DNA of 45,720 nucleotides from Candidatus Kapaibacterium sp. (lineage in GTDB: Bacteria; Verrucomicrobiota; Verrucomicrobiia; Limisphaerales; UBA9464), in assembly GCA_044339945.1 (NCBI GenBank), contig JBIIUN010000001.1, positions 1-45,720 of the forward strand, read 5' to 3'. The notes under the pieces are model-generated. The model did no database searches. It saw nothing but the letters and a program-made list of their open reading frames with translations, and was not told the DNA's origin. The first letter of the stretch is position 1; every line of letters starts with the position of its first letter. A program made the position numbers and the translations under genes. Below, piece by piece: positions 7,943 to 15,945 of the stretch.

Positions 7943-9817
7943 GTGAGTTTCCTCACCCCACTCGCCTTCCTGTTCGCGCTGTCGCTCCCGGCGGTGGTGG
8001 TGTTTTACCTGCTCAAGCGGAAGCGCGTGGTGAAGCTCGTGCCCTCGACGCTGCTCTGGCAGAAGTTCCTCGCCGAAACCCAGGCCAGCGCGCCGTTCCA
8101 AAAGCTCCGCCACAACTGGCTGCTGCTCCTTCAGCTCCTGCTCCTTCTCTTGCTCGTCCTCGCGCTTGCCCGCCCATACTTCGCGGGGAAAGCCGGCGAA
8201 GGCTCGCTCCAAGTCATCATCCTCGACGCCAGCGCGTCCATGCAAGCGACCGACGAAACACCCAGCCGTTTCGAGAAGGCCCGCGCTGACGCCCTGAAGC
8301 TCGTGGACGGCCTGAAGACCGGCTTCGGCAACGACAGCCAGCAGATGCTCGTGATGGTCGCCGGCGCCAACGCCGAGGTGAAGCAGTCCGCCACGTCCGA
8401 GAAGGCCGCCCTGCGCCGCGCGTTCGAGTCGGCCAAGGTCACCGATTCGCCTACCCGCCTCGCGGAGGCGCTGCGCGTCGCCGAAACCCTGACCCGCGAT
8501 CGGGCCGGCGCGGAGATCCATCTCTTCAGCGACGGTGCGGGGGTGGACCTGAGCGAGTTCGAAAGCAAGGACCTCAAGCTGTCGTTCCACCGCGTCGGTT
8601 CGCGCGGCAACAACGCCGCCGTCACCACGCTCGACGTGAAGCCGAATCCCGAGGACCCGACCCGCCGGGCCATCTTCACCAGCGTGGCCAACTACGGCCT
8701 CACCCCCGTGGACGCCACGTTGGAACTCCGTTTTGACGATCAGGTCGTCGAGACCAAGGCCATCACCGTCGGGCCGACCAACACCACGCCGGTGGTCTTC
8801 GTCGCCGGCCAGCCGCAGGACGGCGTCTTCACCGTGAAGCTGAATCACGCCGACGACCTGGCCGCGGACAACGAAGCCCGCGTCGTCAGCCGCCTGCCGC
8901 TGCCGGTGAAAGTGCTGCTCGTGACGAAGGGCAACCGCTTCCTCGAAAAGGCGCTCGCCGGCGCCGGCCCGAACGTCGAGCTGGCCACCGCCACCGACTT
9001 CACCGACGCCGATGCGAAGTTCGACCTCGTCGCACTGGACGACATCACACCCACCGTCTGGCCCGGCGGCAACGTGCTCGCCATCCACGTCGCCAACACC
9101 AACTGGTTCGACGGCGGCATTGGCGCCCTCGAAGCCCCGCCCATCGTGGACTGGCGCAACACGCATCCGCTGCTGCGCTTCGTGACCTTCGACAACGTGC
9201 AGATCGCCCAAAGCCTCGCCGTGAAGACGCCGACCTGGGCCGTCGCGCTGGTGGATTCACCACAGGCGCCGCTCGTGCTCGCCGGCGAACTCGGCCGCCA
9301 GCGCATCGTGTGGATCGGCTTCGACACGCTCCAGAGCACCTGGCCGCTGCGCATCAGCTACCCGATCTTCCTCGCCAACGTGGTGGACTGGCTCGACCCC
9401 GCCAGCTCCGCCGCCGCGCAGTTCTCCATCCGCGCCGGCGACGCCTTCCGGATGCCGCTCGGCGACTACCTCGCGCCCGGTGCCGGCGCGCTCACCGCCA
9501 AGATCACGCCGCCCGGCGGACCCGAGCGCACCATCCCGCTCGACGCCACCGCGCGCGAACTCGTCTTCGGCGACACCGGCAAACAGGGCGTCTATCGCTT
9601 CACGCTCGGCACGAACCAACTCGCCTTCGCCGCCAACCTGCTCGACCCGGTGGAAAGCAACCTGAAGCCGCGCGACGAACTCAGCCTCGGCCGCCGCGGC
9701 GAAGTCACCGCCACGACGCTCAAGCGGGCCAATCTGGAATATTGGCGCTGGTTCGCCCTGGCCGGCCTCGCCGTGATGATGGTCGAGTGGTGGTGGTTCC
9801 ACCGGAGGACGGCGTGA
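7943..9817 (+). CDS. BatA-type N-terminal double-TM / von Willebrand factor A domain membrane protein
   Basis: MSFLTPLAFLFALSLPAVVVFYLLKRKR... is an aerotolerance-operon BatA_N style N-terminus. VIILDASASMQATDETPSRFEKARADALKLV is a vWA MIDAS DxSxS motif. The C-terminal TM segment is YWRWFALAGLAVMMVEWWWF. Confidence 0.85.
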   Translation: MSFLTPLAFLFALSLPAVVVFYLLKRKRVVKLVPSTLLWQKFLAETQASAPFQKLRHNWLLLLQLLLLLLLVLALARPYFAGKAGEGSLQVIILDASASMQATDETPSRFEKARADALKLVDGLKTGFGNDSQQMLVMVAGANAEVKQSATSEKAALRRAFESAKVTDSPTRLAEALRVAETLTRDRAGAEIHLFSDGAGVDLSEFESKDLKLSFHRVGSRGNNAAVTTLDVKPNPEDPTRRAIFTSVANYGLTPVDATLELRFDDQVVETKAITVGPTNTTPVVFVAGQPQDGVFTVKLNHADDLAADNEARVVSRLPLPVKVLLVTKGNRFLEKALAGAGPNVELATATDFTDADAKFDLVALDDITPTVWPGGNVLAIHVANTNWFDGGIGALEAPPIVDWRNTHPLLRFVTFDNVQIAQSLAVKTPTWAVALVDSPQAPLVLAGELGRQRIVWIGFDTLQSTWPLRISYPIFLANVVDWLDPASSAAAQFSIRAGDAFRMPLGDYLAPGAGALTAKITPPGGPERTIPLDATARELVFGDTGKQGVYRFTLGTNQLAFAANLLDPVESNLKPRDELSLGRRGEVTATTLKRANLEYWRWFALAGLAVMMVEWWWFHRRTA

Positions 9818-9822
9818 ACGAC

Positions 9823-10350
9823 TCAGCCAGCGGCTCCTCGGTCCTTCATTGGCGTCGGTTCACAACGGTAGTCGTTCCAGCAGACATTGAAATATTCTCC
9901 ATCCGGTGTCCCGAGCGCGCTTCGCTTGATGAGCTTCGCGTCGATTCGGAAATCTGCATCAATCTTCACAATGACAAGGCATCCGAAGTTGCCGGACTTC
10001 TTGACCCTTACGTGCCTGCTGTCTCGAAGCGGGGAGATGGTCTTTATTTCTACGAGCACATCACCTAGTCGCCCGTCTGAGCCTTGAGCCTTTGGGTCAC
10101 AGTGTAGTTCGATTCCAAATCGCCTTTCCGCATAGTGCTCTCCCAACTCTCCGTAGATAGTCAGATGCCGACCCGTTTCCTCCAAGTAGCTCTTCGCGAG
10201 AGCGATCATGTCCTCAACCAGACCGCCCTCCGGGACGGGCCCTTCCAATTGCTGGTTGATGTAATCCCAACTGATCCATTCGCCCTCGTCCCAAATGGCA
10301 TCGCCGCAACCCTCAATAGGACTTCCTGTCATGGCACACCGATTTCCCAT
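9823..10350 (-). CDS. Orphan hypothetical protein with a PD-(D/E)xK nuclease-like motif, in a locally lower-GC islet
   Basis: A 175-aa ORF (alternative ATG at 10332). YGELGEHYAERRFGIELHCDPKAQGSDGRLGDVLVEIKTIS has the helix-E ... D ... ExK spacing of restriction-endonuclease-fold proteins. Composition is visibly AT-richer than both neighbours. The functional call is motif-level only. Confidence 0.5.
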   Translation of the reverse strand: MGNRCAMTGSPIEGCGDAIWDEGEWISWDYINQQLEGPVPEGGLVEDMIALAKSYLEETGRHLTIYGELGEHYAERRFGIELHCDPKAQGSDGRLGDVLVEIKTISPLRDSRHVRVKKSGNFGCLVIVKIDADFRIDAKLIKRSALGTPDGEYFNVCWNDYRCEPTPMKDRGAAG

Positions 10351-10580
10351 ATTCGACCTTTGAACCCAAGATTATCAGGCAGCTGCGAGCGCGAAATCGT
10401 CAAATTCAGGGAGCGATTCAAACGCCCGACATCAAGGCCACCCAAACATGCGGCACGTCCCGCCATCGGATGCTTCGCACGCCTTGGCAGCTGCGCGCGG
10501 ACTCGTAGTGTTCGTTGACCAGTGTTCCTGTGAGTGAAGAACCGCAAAAAGTTCGAAAAGACGACCCGTGGTTTCGGGAC

Positions 10581-11597
10581 ATGCTTCGGTATGGTTGGAG
10601 CTCCTTTGAAGCCTGGCTCACTTGGCCAATCTTGATCCTCACGCTGGGCGGTGCGGTCTTGGTCAGTCGCTGTTCCAATGCGTCCGCATCGTCCGGTGCA
10701 GTCATCCTCTACTGCGCCCAGGACCAGGTCTTCGCCGAACCCATCCTCGCCGAGTTCACGAAGCAGACCGGCATCGCGGTGAAGTCCGTCTTCGACAGCG
10801 AGGCGGTCAAGACCGTCGGCCTCGCCAACCGCCTGCTCGCCGAGCGCGACCATCCCGTCTGCGACGTCTTCTGGGGCAACGAGGAGTTCCGCACCCGCCA
10901 ACTCAGCACCGCCGGCGTCTTCCGCGCCACGAACGGCTGGACCGCCTTCGGCCAGCGCAGCCGGCGGCTCGTTGTGCGGCAAGACCGCTTCGCGGAAGTC
11001 TTCAGTAATCAGTATTCAGTCGGCCAGTCCCCGCGCCCACTGAACACTGACGCACTGAATACTGATCACTTCGCCTTCACCGCCCTGACGAACGCCGCCT
11101 TCCGCGGCCGCGTCTCCCTTGCCTTCCCGCTCTTCGGCACCACGGCCACGCACTTCCTCGCGCTGCGGCAGCATTGGGGCGAATCCAACTGGCTGGTCTG
11201 GTGCCGCGCGCTCGCCGCCAACCGGCCGTTCCTTGAGGAGGGCAATTCCCACGTCGTGAAACGCGTCGCCCGCGGCGAGGCACTCATCGGCCTGACCGAT
11301 TCCGACGACATCACCGCCGACCAGCGCGAGGGCCTGCCCCTCACCGCCCTGCCCACCTTTCCCGAGTCGCTGCTGATCCCGAACACACTCGGCCTCGTCG
11401 CGAAACCGACGCCCAACCCCGCCGCCGAAAAGCTCTACGAGTTTCTGCAAAGCCCGGCCGTCCGCGAGCAACTCGTCGCCGCCGCCGCGCTGGAACCGGA
11501 GACACCCACGACCAACACGCTACGTCCCGACTGGCCCGCCCTGCTTCGCGACCTCGAACGCGCCTCCGAACAGCTCAAGGAGGTCTTCCGGCGATGA
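10581..11597 (+). CDS. ABC transporter periplasmic substrate-binding protein, Fe(3+)/FbpA-AfuA-like
   Basis: VILYCAQDQVFAEPILAEFTKQTGIAVKSVFDSEAVKTVGLANRLLAERDHPVCDVFWGNEEF and AFPLFGTTATH blocks are present. A signal/anchor, MLRYGWSSFEAWLTWPILILTLGGAVLVSRC, starts at ATG 10581 (tracked ORF begins at TTG 10515). Confidence 0.75.
   Translation: MLRYGWSSFEAWLTWPILILTLGGAVLVSRCSNASASSGAVILYCAQDQVFAEPILAEFTKQTGIAVKSVFDSEAVKTVGLANRLLAERDHPVCDVFWGNEEFRTRQLSTAGVFRATNGWTAFGQRSRRLVVRQDRFAEVFSNQYSVGQSPRPLNTDALNTDHFAFTALTNAAFRGRVSLAFPLFGTTATHFLALRQHWGESNWLVWCRALAANRPFLEEGNSHVVKRVARGEALIGLTDSDDITADQREGLPLTALPTFPESLLIPNTLGLVAKPTPNPAAEKLYEFLQSPAVREQLVAAAALEPETPTTNTLRPDWPALLRDLERASEQLKEVFRR
11001..11072. 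repeat. In-frame AT-rich palindromic heptamer-repeat insertion inside the binding-protein CDS (72 nt)
   Basis: The sequence is ttcagtaa tcagtat tcagtcg - gccagtccccgcgccc - actgaac actgacgc actgaat actgatc act. The arm agtaatcagtattcagt (11004-11020) is the reverse complement of actgaatactgatcact (11054-11070) with 1 mismatch. It encodes ...FSNQYSVGQSPRPLNTDALNTDHF. Confidence 0.65.
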
Positions 11598-11632
11598 GGG
11601 ACAGCTACTTGCAGCCGAGCCCGGCACCCACG

Positions 11633-11712
11633 GGAGCGCGGCTCTCTGAGCCGCGTCGGGCGTCCATCTATTGGACTAGAAAGAGCACTCGCGACTCGGA
11701 GAGTCGCGCTCC
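11633..11712. repeat. Family-B hairpin doublet (REPIN-like) between the binding-protein and permease genes
   Basis: ggagcgcggctctctgagccgcg (11633-11655) and cgcgactcggagagtcgcgctcc (11690-11712) are inverted copies. Each forms its own 8-bp/3-nt hairpin. The three differences between copies include a paired g/a with c/t change that keeps each local stem intact. Confidence 0.75.
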
Positions 11713-11781
11713 GGGCCTCGGCGACTGCCGTTCCAACGCCCGTGCAATCGGCTCCTTACCAAGCCGATTTCCGCCGCCACC

Positions 11782-13200
11782 ATGAGCCCCACGCTCCTGC
11801 TCAACTCGCTGGCAGTCGGCCTCGGCACAACGCTGCTGGCGCTGGGCGCGGGACTGCTCGTGGCGCTGGCCGTCGCGGCGGCGTCCCGCGGACGCGGATT
11901 CATCCTCGGATGCTCGGCCGCCTGCCTCGCACTGCCGCCGTTCCTCGCCACCAACGCGTGGCTGGATGTCACCGCCGGCTGGCGCGGCCTCATGTCGCCC
12001 GAGTTGGTCGAGCGGGGTTCGCTCTTCCTGACCGCGCTCACATTGGCTTCCCTGCTGTGGCCGTTGACCACGTTTCTCGTGCTCGGGGCTTGGACCAAAC
12101 TGCAGCCGGAACTCCTCGAAGCCGACCCACAACTGCGCGGCACCCGCCTGCTGCGCGGCCTGTTGCTGCCCGCGGCCCGCGCCGAACTCATCGTTGCCTC
12201 GGTAATCAACATCACGCTGACGCTCGCCAACTTCACCGTGCCCATCCTGTTTCAGGTGCGCGTGTTCACGGAGGAATTCTGGATCCGCTTCAACACCCAG
12301 TTCGATCTCGCCGGCGCCCTGCGCGCCTCTTGGCCGCTGCTGTTGGCGCCCGTAGTATTGCTCTGGCTGTCGCGTCGGCGTGACCTCGTTTGGCCGCGAC
12401 TGCACAAGGCCGGCCTTTCTCCCATGCTGGGGCTGCAACTGGGAGGCTGGCGTAACGGCAGCCTCACCTTTGCCGTGGGCTGGTTGCTCCTCGCGCTCGT
12501 CTTTCCGTTGGGCCGGCTCGCGGTTTCCGCCCGCACCTGGATCGAACTTCCCGGTGCCGTGGCCGCCGGTCATGCCGCGCTGCTCAACACCCTGCTAACC
12601 GCCGGCGGCACGGCGACCGCAGTTACGTTGCTCGCCGTGGGGTTGACCAGCGTGCAAGACCGGCGCCTTCCAACGCGAACCGGCGCCGGTTCGTCATGGC
12701 TCGGCCGGTTGGCCTGGGTGCCCTTCCTGCTGCCCGGCGTGTTTCTCGGGGTCGTCCTGATCACGCTGTTTAACCGGCCCGCATTCACCGCGATTTACCA
12801 GAGCCTTGGCATCGTGTGCGCGGCGCTGCTCATCCGCTACTTCGCACCCGGCGCCTCGGTGGTGGCGGGCGCCTTTCGCTCAGCCGACCCGTTGCTGGCC
12901 GACGCCGCCAGTTCGCTCGGCGCGTCCCGCTGGCGGGTGTTCCGCGACACGATCTGGCCGCAGCTCGTTCCAAGCGTGATCACGGCGTGGTATGCGGTGT
13001 ATTTGCTCTGCCTGTGGGATGTCGAAACCGTAGTGCTGATCCAGCCGCCCGGGGGCGAAACGCTCGCCTTGCGCATCTTCAACCTGCTCCACTACGGCCA
13101 CGGCGCGCAGGTGAACGCCCTGTGCGTGGTGATGGTCGGTCTGGCCGTGGCGCCGCTCCCGGCATGGGCTGCTGTGCGGCGGCTGACGCAACCCAAATGA
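11782..13200 (+). CDS. ABC transporter permease, fused two-domain FbpB/AfuB-like
   Basis: A 472-aa polytopic membrane protein immediately downstream of the Fe3+-type binding protein. It has two internally similar hydrophobic halves. No ATPase gene follows. Confidence 0.75.
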   Translation: MSPTLLLNSLAVGLGTTLLALGAGLLVALAVAAASRGRGFILGCSAACLALPPFLATNAWLDVTAGWRGLMSPELVERGSLFLTALTLASLLWPLTTFLVLGAWTKLQPELLEADPQLRGTRLLRGLLLPAARAELIVASVINITLTLANFTVPILFQVRVFTEEFWIRFNTQFDLAGALRASWPLLLAPVVLLWLSRRRDLVWPRLHKAGLSPMLGLQLGGWRNGSLTFAVGWLLLALVFPLGRLAVSARTWIELPGAVAAGHAALLNTLLTAGGTATAVTLLAVGLTSVQDRRLPTRTGAGSSWLGRLAWVPFLLPGVFLGVVLITLFNRPAFTAIYQSLGIVCAALLIRYFAPGASVVAGAFRSADPLLADAASSLGASRWRVFRDTIWPQLVPSVITAWYAVYLLCLWDVETVVLIQPPGGETLALRIFNLLHYGHGAQVNALCVVMVGLAVAPLPAWAAVRRLTQPK

Positions 13201-13310
13201 CGAATGGGAAAGTTTGCCGACAGCTTAAAATGGTTCTGGGACGGAGCGCCAGTGCTCCAGTCTTCGGCTGCCGCGTGGCGACAACAGGCCCGGCGGTTAA
13301 CCGCTTGGAC

Positions 13311-13525
13311 GCGCTTCCCCCTCACCCCAGCCCTCTCCCCCGAGGAGAGGGAGAATGTCGGCAGTGCGATGGGTTCGCCGCGTCGGGGAACTTCGATTCA
13401 GCCGTGCGTGACGCTCTCACTCGATCACCCGCCGCGGTCCTCGGCAGTCTTGTTGGTGGAGACACAGGACAGAAGCGAGCGTCCCCCTCTCCCCGGGGGA
13501 GAGGGCTGGGGTGAAGGGAAAGCGG
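13311..13525. repeat. Family-A REPIN/MITE-like element, second copy (~215 bp)
   Basis: The left end is cgcttccccctcaccccagccctctcccccgaggagaggg. The right end ccctctccccgggggagagggctggggtgaagggaaagcgg is its reverse complement with about 3 mismatches. The interior is homologous to 7632-7756. Confidence 0.8.
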
Positions 13526-13644
13526 GTGTCGCACTACACCGACGGCTAACCCGCACACAGCCTCCCATTCGGACTGGCGGTTCACGGGTGGAGTTCAACC
13601 TTCCTGCGGGCAACTGTCCTCCGCCGCTGGAAAACCGCCGCCCC

Positions 13645-14673
13645 GTGCACCGCAATGTCATCCGCCATTCGTCATTCGTCGTTTTGGCCCTGCTGCTCGG
13701 CTGCACGCCGGACACCGCATCCAACGTCTCCACCCCGCTCGATTCGAAGCTGTTCTCGGCGGTGCAGGTCATCGGTTCGCGCGGGGTCGCGCCGGGCCAG
13801 TTCAACAAGCCGCGCTCCCTCACCTGCGACCGCGACGACAACCTCTACGTCGCCGACATCACGGGCCGCATCCAGAAGTTCAGTCCCGACGGGCGTTTCC
13901 TGCTCCAGTGGCAACTGCCTCAGATCGACCTGGGCAAACCCAAGGGCATGGGCCTCGACAACGAGGGACACGTCATCGTCATCGAGCCGCACTACATGCG
14001 GGTGAACCACTTCACGACCAACGGCGAACTCGTGCGGCAATGGGGCGTGAAGGGCACCAACGCCGGCGAGTTCATCCTGCCGCGGGGCGTGGCACAGAAC
14101 ACGCATGGTGAGTTCTACCTGAGCGAATACACGCTCGTGGACCGTGTGCAGCGGTTCACCGTGGGGCAGGCTGCCAACCCGCCTGCCGGATGCGTGCCCG
14201 TGCGTTCATTCCCCACCAACGAATCGGGCGGCTTGGCAGCCTGCCCTACTTCGGTCTGGGGCAGTCCCGGCGACGCGCCCGGCCAGTTCAGCCGGGCGGA
14301 AGGGCTCTGCATCGGCCAGCGCGACGAGGTGCTCGTGGCCGACTCGTGCAACCACCGCGTGCAGGTGTTCGACCGCAACGGCAAGTTCTTGCGCGCCTTC
14401 GGCAAGGCAGGCTCCACTCCGGGCGAATTCAGCTACCCCTACGACGTGCGTGTGGACCCCGCCGGCAACCAGTTCATCTGCGAGTTCGGCAACAGCCGGA
14501 TCACCGTGCTCGACCCGCGGGACCAAGTGGTCGAGATCATCGGCAGCGCCGGCGCCGCGCCGGGCAAGTTTGCGAACCCGTGGGCGATCTCCTTCGACTC
14601 CAAGGGCAACCTCTACGTCGCCGACTCGCAAAACCATCGGGTGCAGAAGCTGGTGCGGAGGGAGGGAAACTAG
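13645..14673 (+). CDS. NHL-repeat beta-propeller lipoprotein
   Basis: An in-frame GTG at 13645 gives (M)HRNVIRHSSFVVLALLLGC with an LLGC lipobox. There are at least 5 NHL units (GQFNKPRSLTCDRDDNLYVAD, GQFSRAEGLCIGQRDEVLVADSCNHRVQVFD, GEFSYPYDVRVDPAGNQFICE, GKFANPWAISFDSKGNLYVADSQNHRVQK). Tracked ORF 13204.. reads through the repeat element and is over-extended. Confidence 0.8.
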   Translation: MHRNVIRHSSFVVLALLLGCTPDTASNVSTPLDSKLFSAVQVIGSRGVAPGQFNKPRSLTCDRDDNLYVADITGRIQKFSPDGRFLLQWQLPQIDLGKPKGMGLDNEGHVIVIEPHYMRVNHFTTNGELVRQWGVKGTNAGEFILPRGVAQNTHGEFYLSEYTLVDRVQRFTVGQAANPPAGCVPVRSFPTNESGGLAACPTSVWGSPGDAPGQFSRAEGLCIGQRDEVLVADSCNHRVQVFDRNGKFLRAFGKAGSTPGEFSYPYDVRVDPAGNQFICEFGNSRITVLDPRDQVVEIIGSAGAAPGKFANPWAISFDSKGNLYVADSQNHRVQKLVRREGN

Positions 14674-14721
14674 CAGCCACCATTCCCGGCGTGGAGCAAC
14701 CACCCGGTGGCAAATGCCTCC

Positions 14722-15939
14722 TCAGGCCGATTCCTGGGGTTCTAGGCCGACGGGCAGCGTGAAGTAGAAGGTGGCGCCGCGGCCGGGTTCGCTTTCCAGC
14801 CGCACTTCACCGCCGTGGGCCTGGACGATGTGCTTCACAATGCTCAGGCCCAATCCGGTGCCGCCGGCATCCCGGGAACGCGCCCGATCAAGCCGGTAAA
14901 AACGCTCGAACACCCGTTCGCCCGCCTCGGCCGGGATCCCCGGGCCGTCATCGGCCACCCAGCCTTCGACGCGTTCCGCGTCCTTGCGCCGAGCGCCGAC
15001 ACGGACGCAACCGCCGGCCCGGCCGTATTTGATGGCGTTGTCCACCAGGTTGAAGAGCACCTGCTGAAGGCGGTCGCCATCGGCGCGCACCCCCAAGTCT
15101 GCGGGGACTTCGTTCAGCAGATGCACCTGCCGCTCCGCGGCCCGGCTGGCGAGGTCATCGAGCACTGCTTGGGCTTGCCCGCGGAGGTCGAGCGTCTGGA
15201 AATTCATCAGCACCTGGCCGGATTCGAGCCGCGAGATGGTGAGGAGATCCTCGATCAGGAAGGTCAGCCGGTCGGCGTGTTTCTCGATCGTCTGCAAGAA
15301 CCGGGTGGCGACGGCCGGATCATCCTTGGCGCCGTCGAGCAGGGTCTCGACATACCCCTTGATCAGCGAAAGTGGGGTGCGGAGCTCGTGGCTGACGTTG
15401 GCGACGAATTCCTTCCGCAAGTTCTCAAGCTGCTTGAGGCGGGTCAGGTCGTGAAAGACGAAGACGGTGCCCGCGTGCGCCCGGTCGGGATCGCGGAAGG
15501 TGGTCGCATTGACCTGCAAGAGCTGTTCGGCGGCCCCAGGAAGGACGAGCTCGAAGCCGGTCACGCGGCCGGTCCGGAGGGTTTCCTGGGCGACTTCGTG
15601 GAGCACCGGCGAGCGCAGGTTTTCCAACAGCGACTGGCCCCTGATTTCGGGGCCGACGCCAAAAATCCGCTCAAAAGTGGGATTGGCGAACTGGATCCGT
15701 CCGGTTTCATCAAGGATCAGCAGCCCTTCGACCAGGCTGTTGAAGACGGTCTGCTGTTTGGTCTGTTCCTCGGTGAGGGCGGCATGGCGCGCCACCCTGA
15801 TGTCGGCCAGCTCCAGTTGAGCTTGGCGCAGCTGTTCCCGCAAAGCCTGCCCCCGGCGGAACGCCAGCGAGATTCCCACCACGGCAAATGTCAGGATGAG
15901 AAACGTGAGGAATGGCCAAAGCATGGTGGAGAGCCGCAA
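14722..15939 (-). CDS. Sensor histidine kinase, PhoR-like (TM, PAS, HisKA, HATPase_c)
   Basis: EFVANVSHELRTPLSLIKGY is the H-box. The N, G1 and G2 blocks include GTGLGLSIVKHIVQAHGG. There is an N-terminal TM segment. Confidence 0.9.
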   Translation of the reverse strand: MRLSTMLWPFLTFLILTFAVVGISLAFRRGQALREQLRQAQLELADIRVARHAALTEEQTKQQTVFNSLVEGLLILDETGRIQFANPTFERIFGVGPEIRGQSLLENLRSPVLHEVAQETLRTGRVTGFELVLPGAAEQLLQVNATTFRDPDRAHAGTVFVFHDLTRLKQLENLRKEFVANVSHELRTPLSLIKGYVETLLDGAKDDPAVATRFLQTIEKHADRLTFLIEDLLTISRLESGQVLMNFQTLDLRGQAQAVLDDLASRAAERQVHLLNEVPADLGVRADGDRLQQVLFNLVDNAIKYGRAGGCVRVGARRKDAERVEGWVADDGPGIPAEAGERVFERFYRLDRARSRDAGGTGLGLSIVKHIVQAHGGEVRLESEPGRGATFYFTLPVGLEPQESA

Positions 15940-15945
15940 GCGCGG

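Noticed and set aside
7299-7946. ORFs 7299..7946 (+) and 7472..7915 (-) in the sorB-BatA gap.
   Set aside because: They consist of translated palindromic repeats (PSPRPSPPGRGR, RGSESRAP, LRIFAVQ) and are mirror images of each other on the two strands.
13204-13644. The 147-codon N-terminal extension of the NHL protein in tracked ORF 13204..14673.
   Set aside because: It reads straight through the family-A repeat element (LTPALSPEEREN..., PPLPGGEGWGEG). A lipoprotein signal with a lipobox starts at in-frame GTG 13645.
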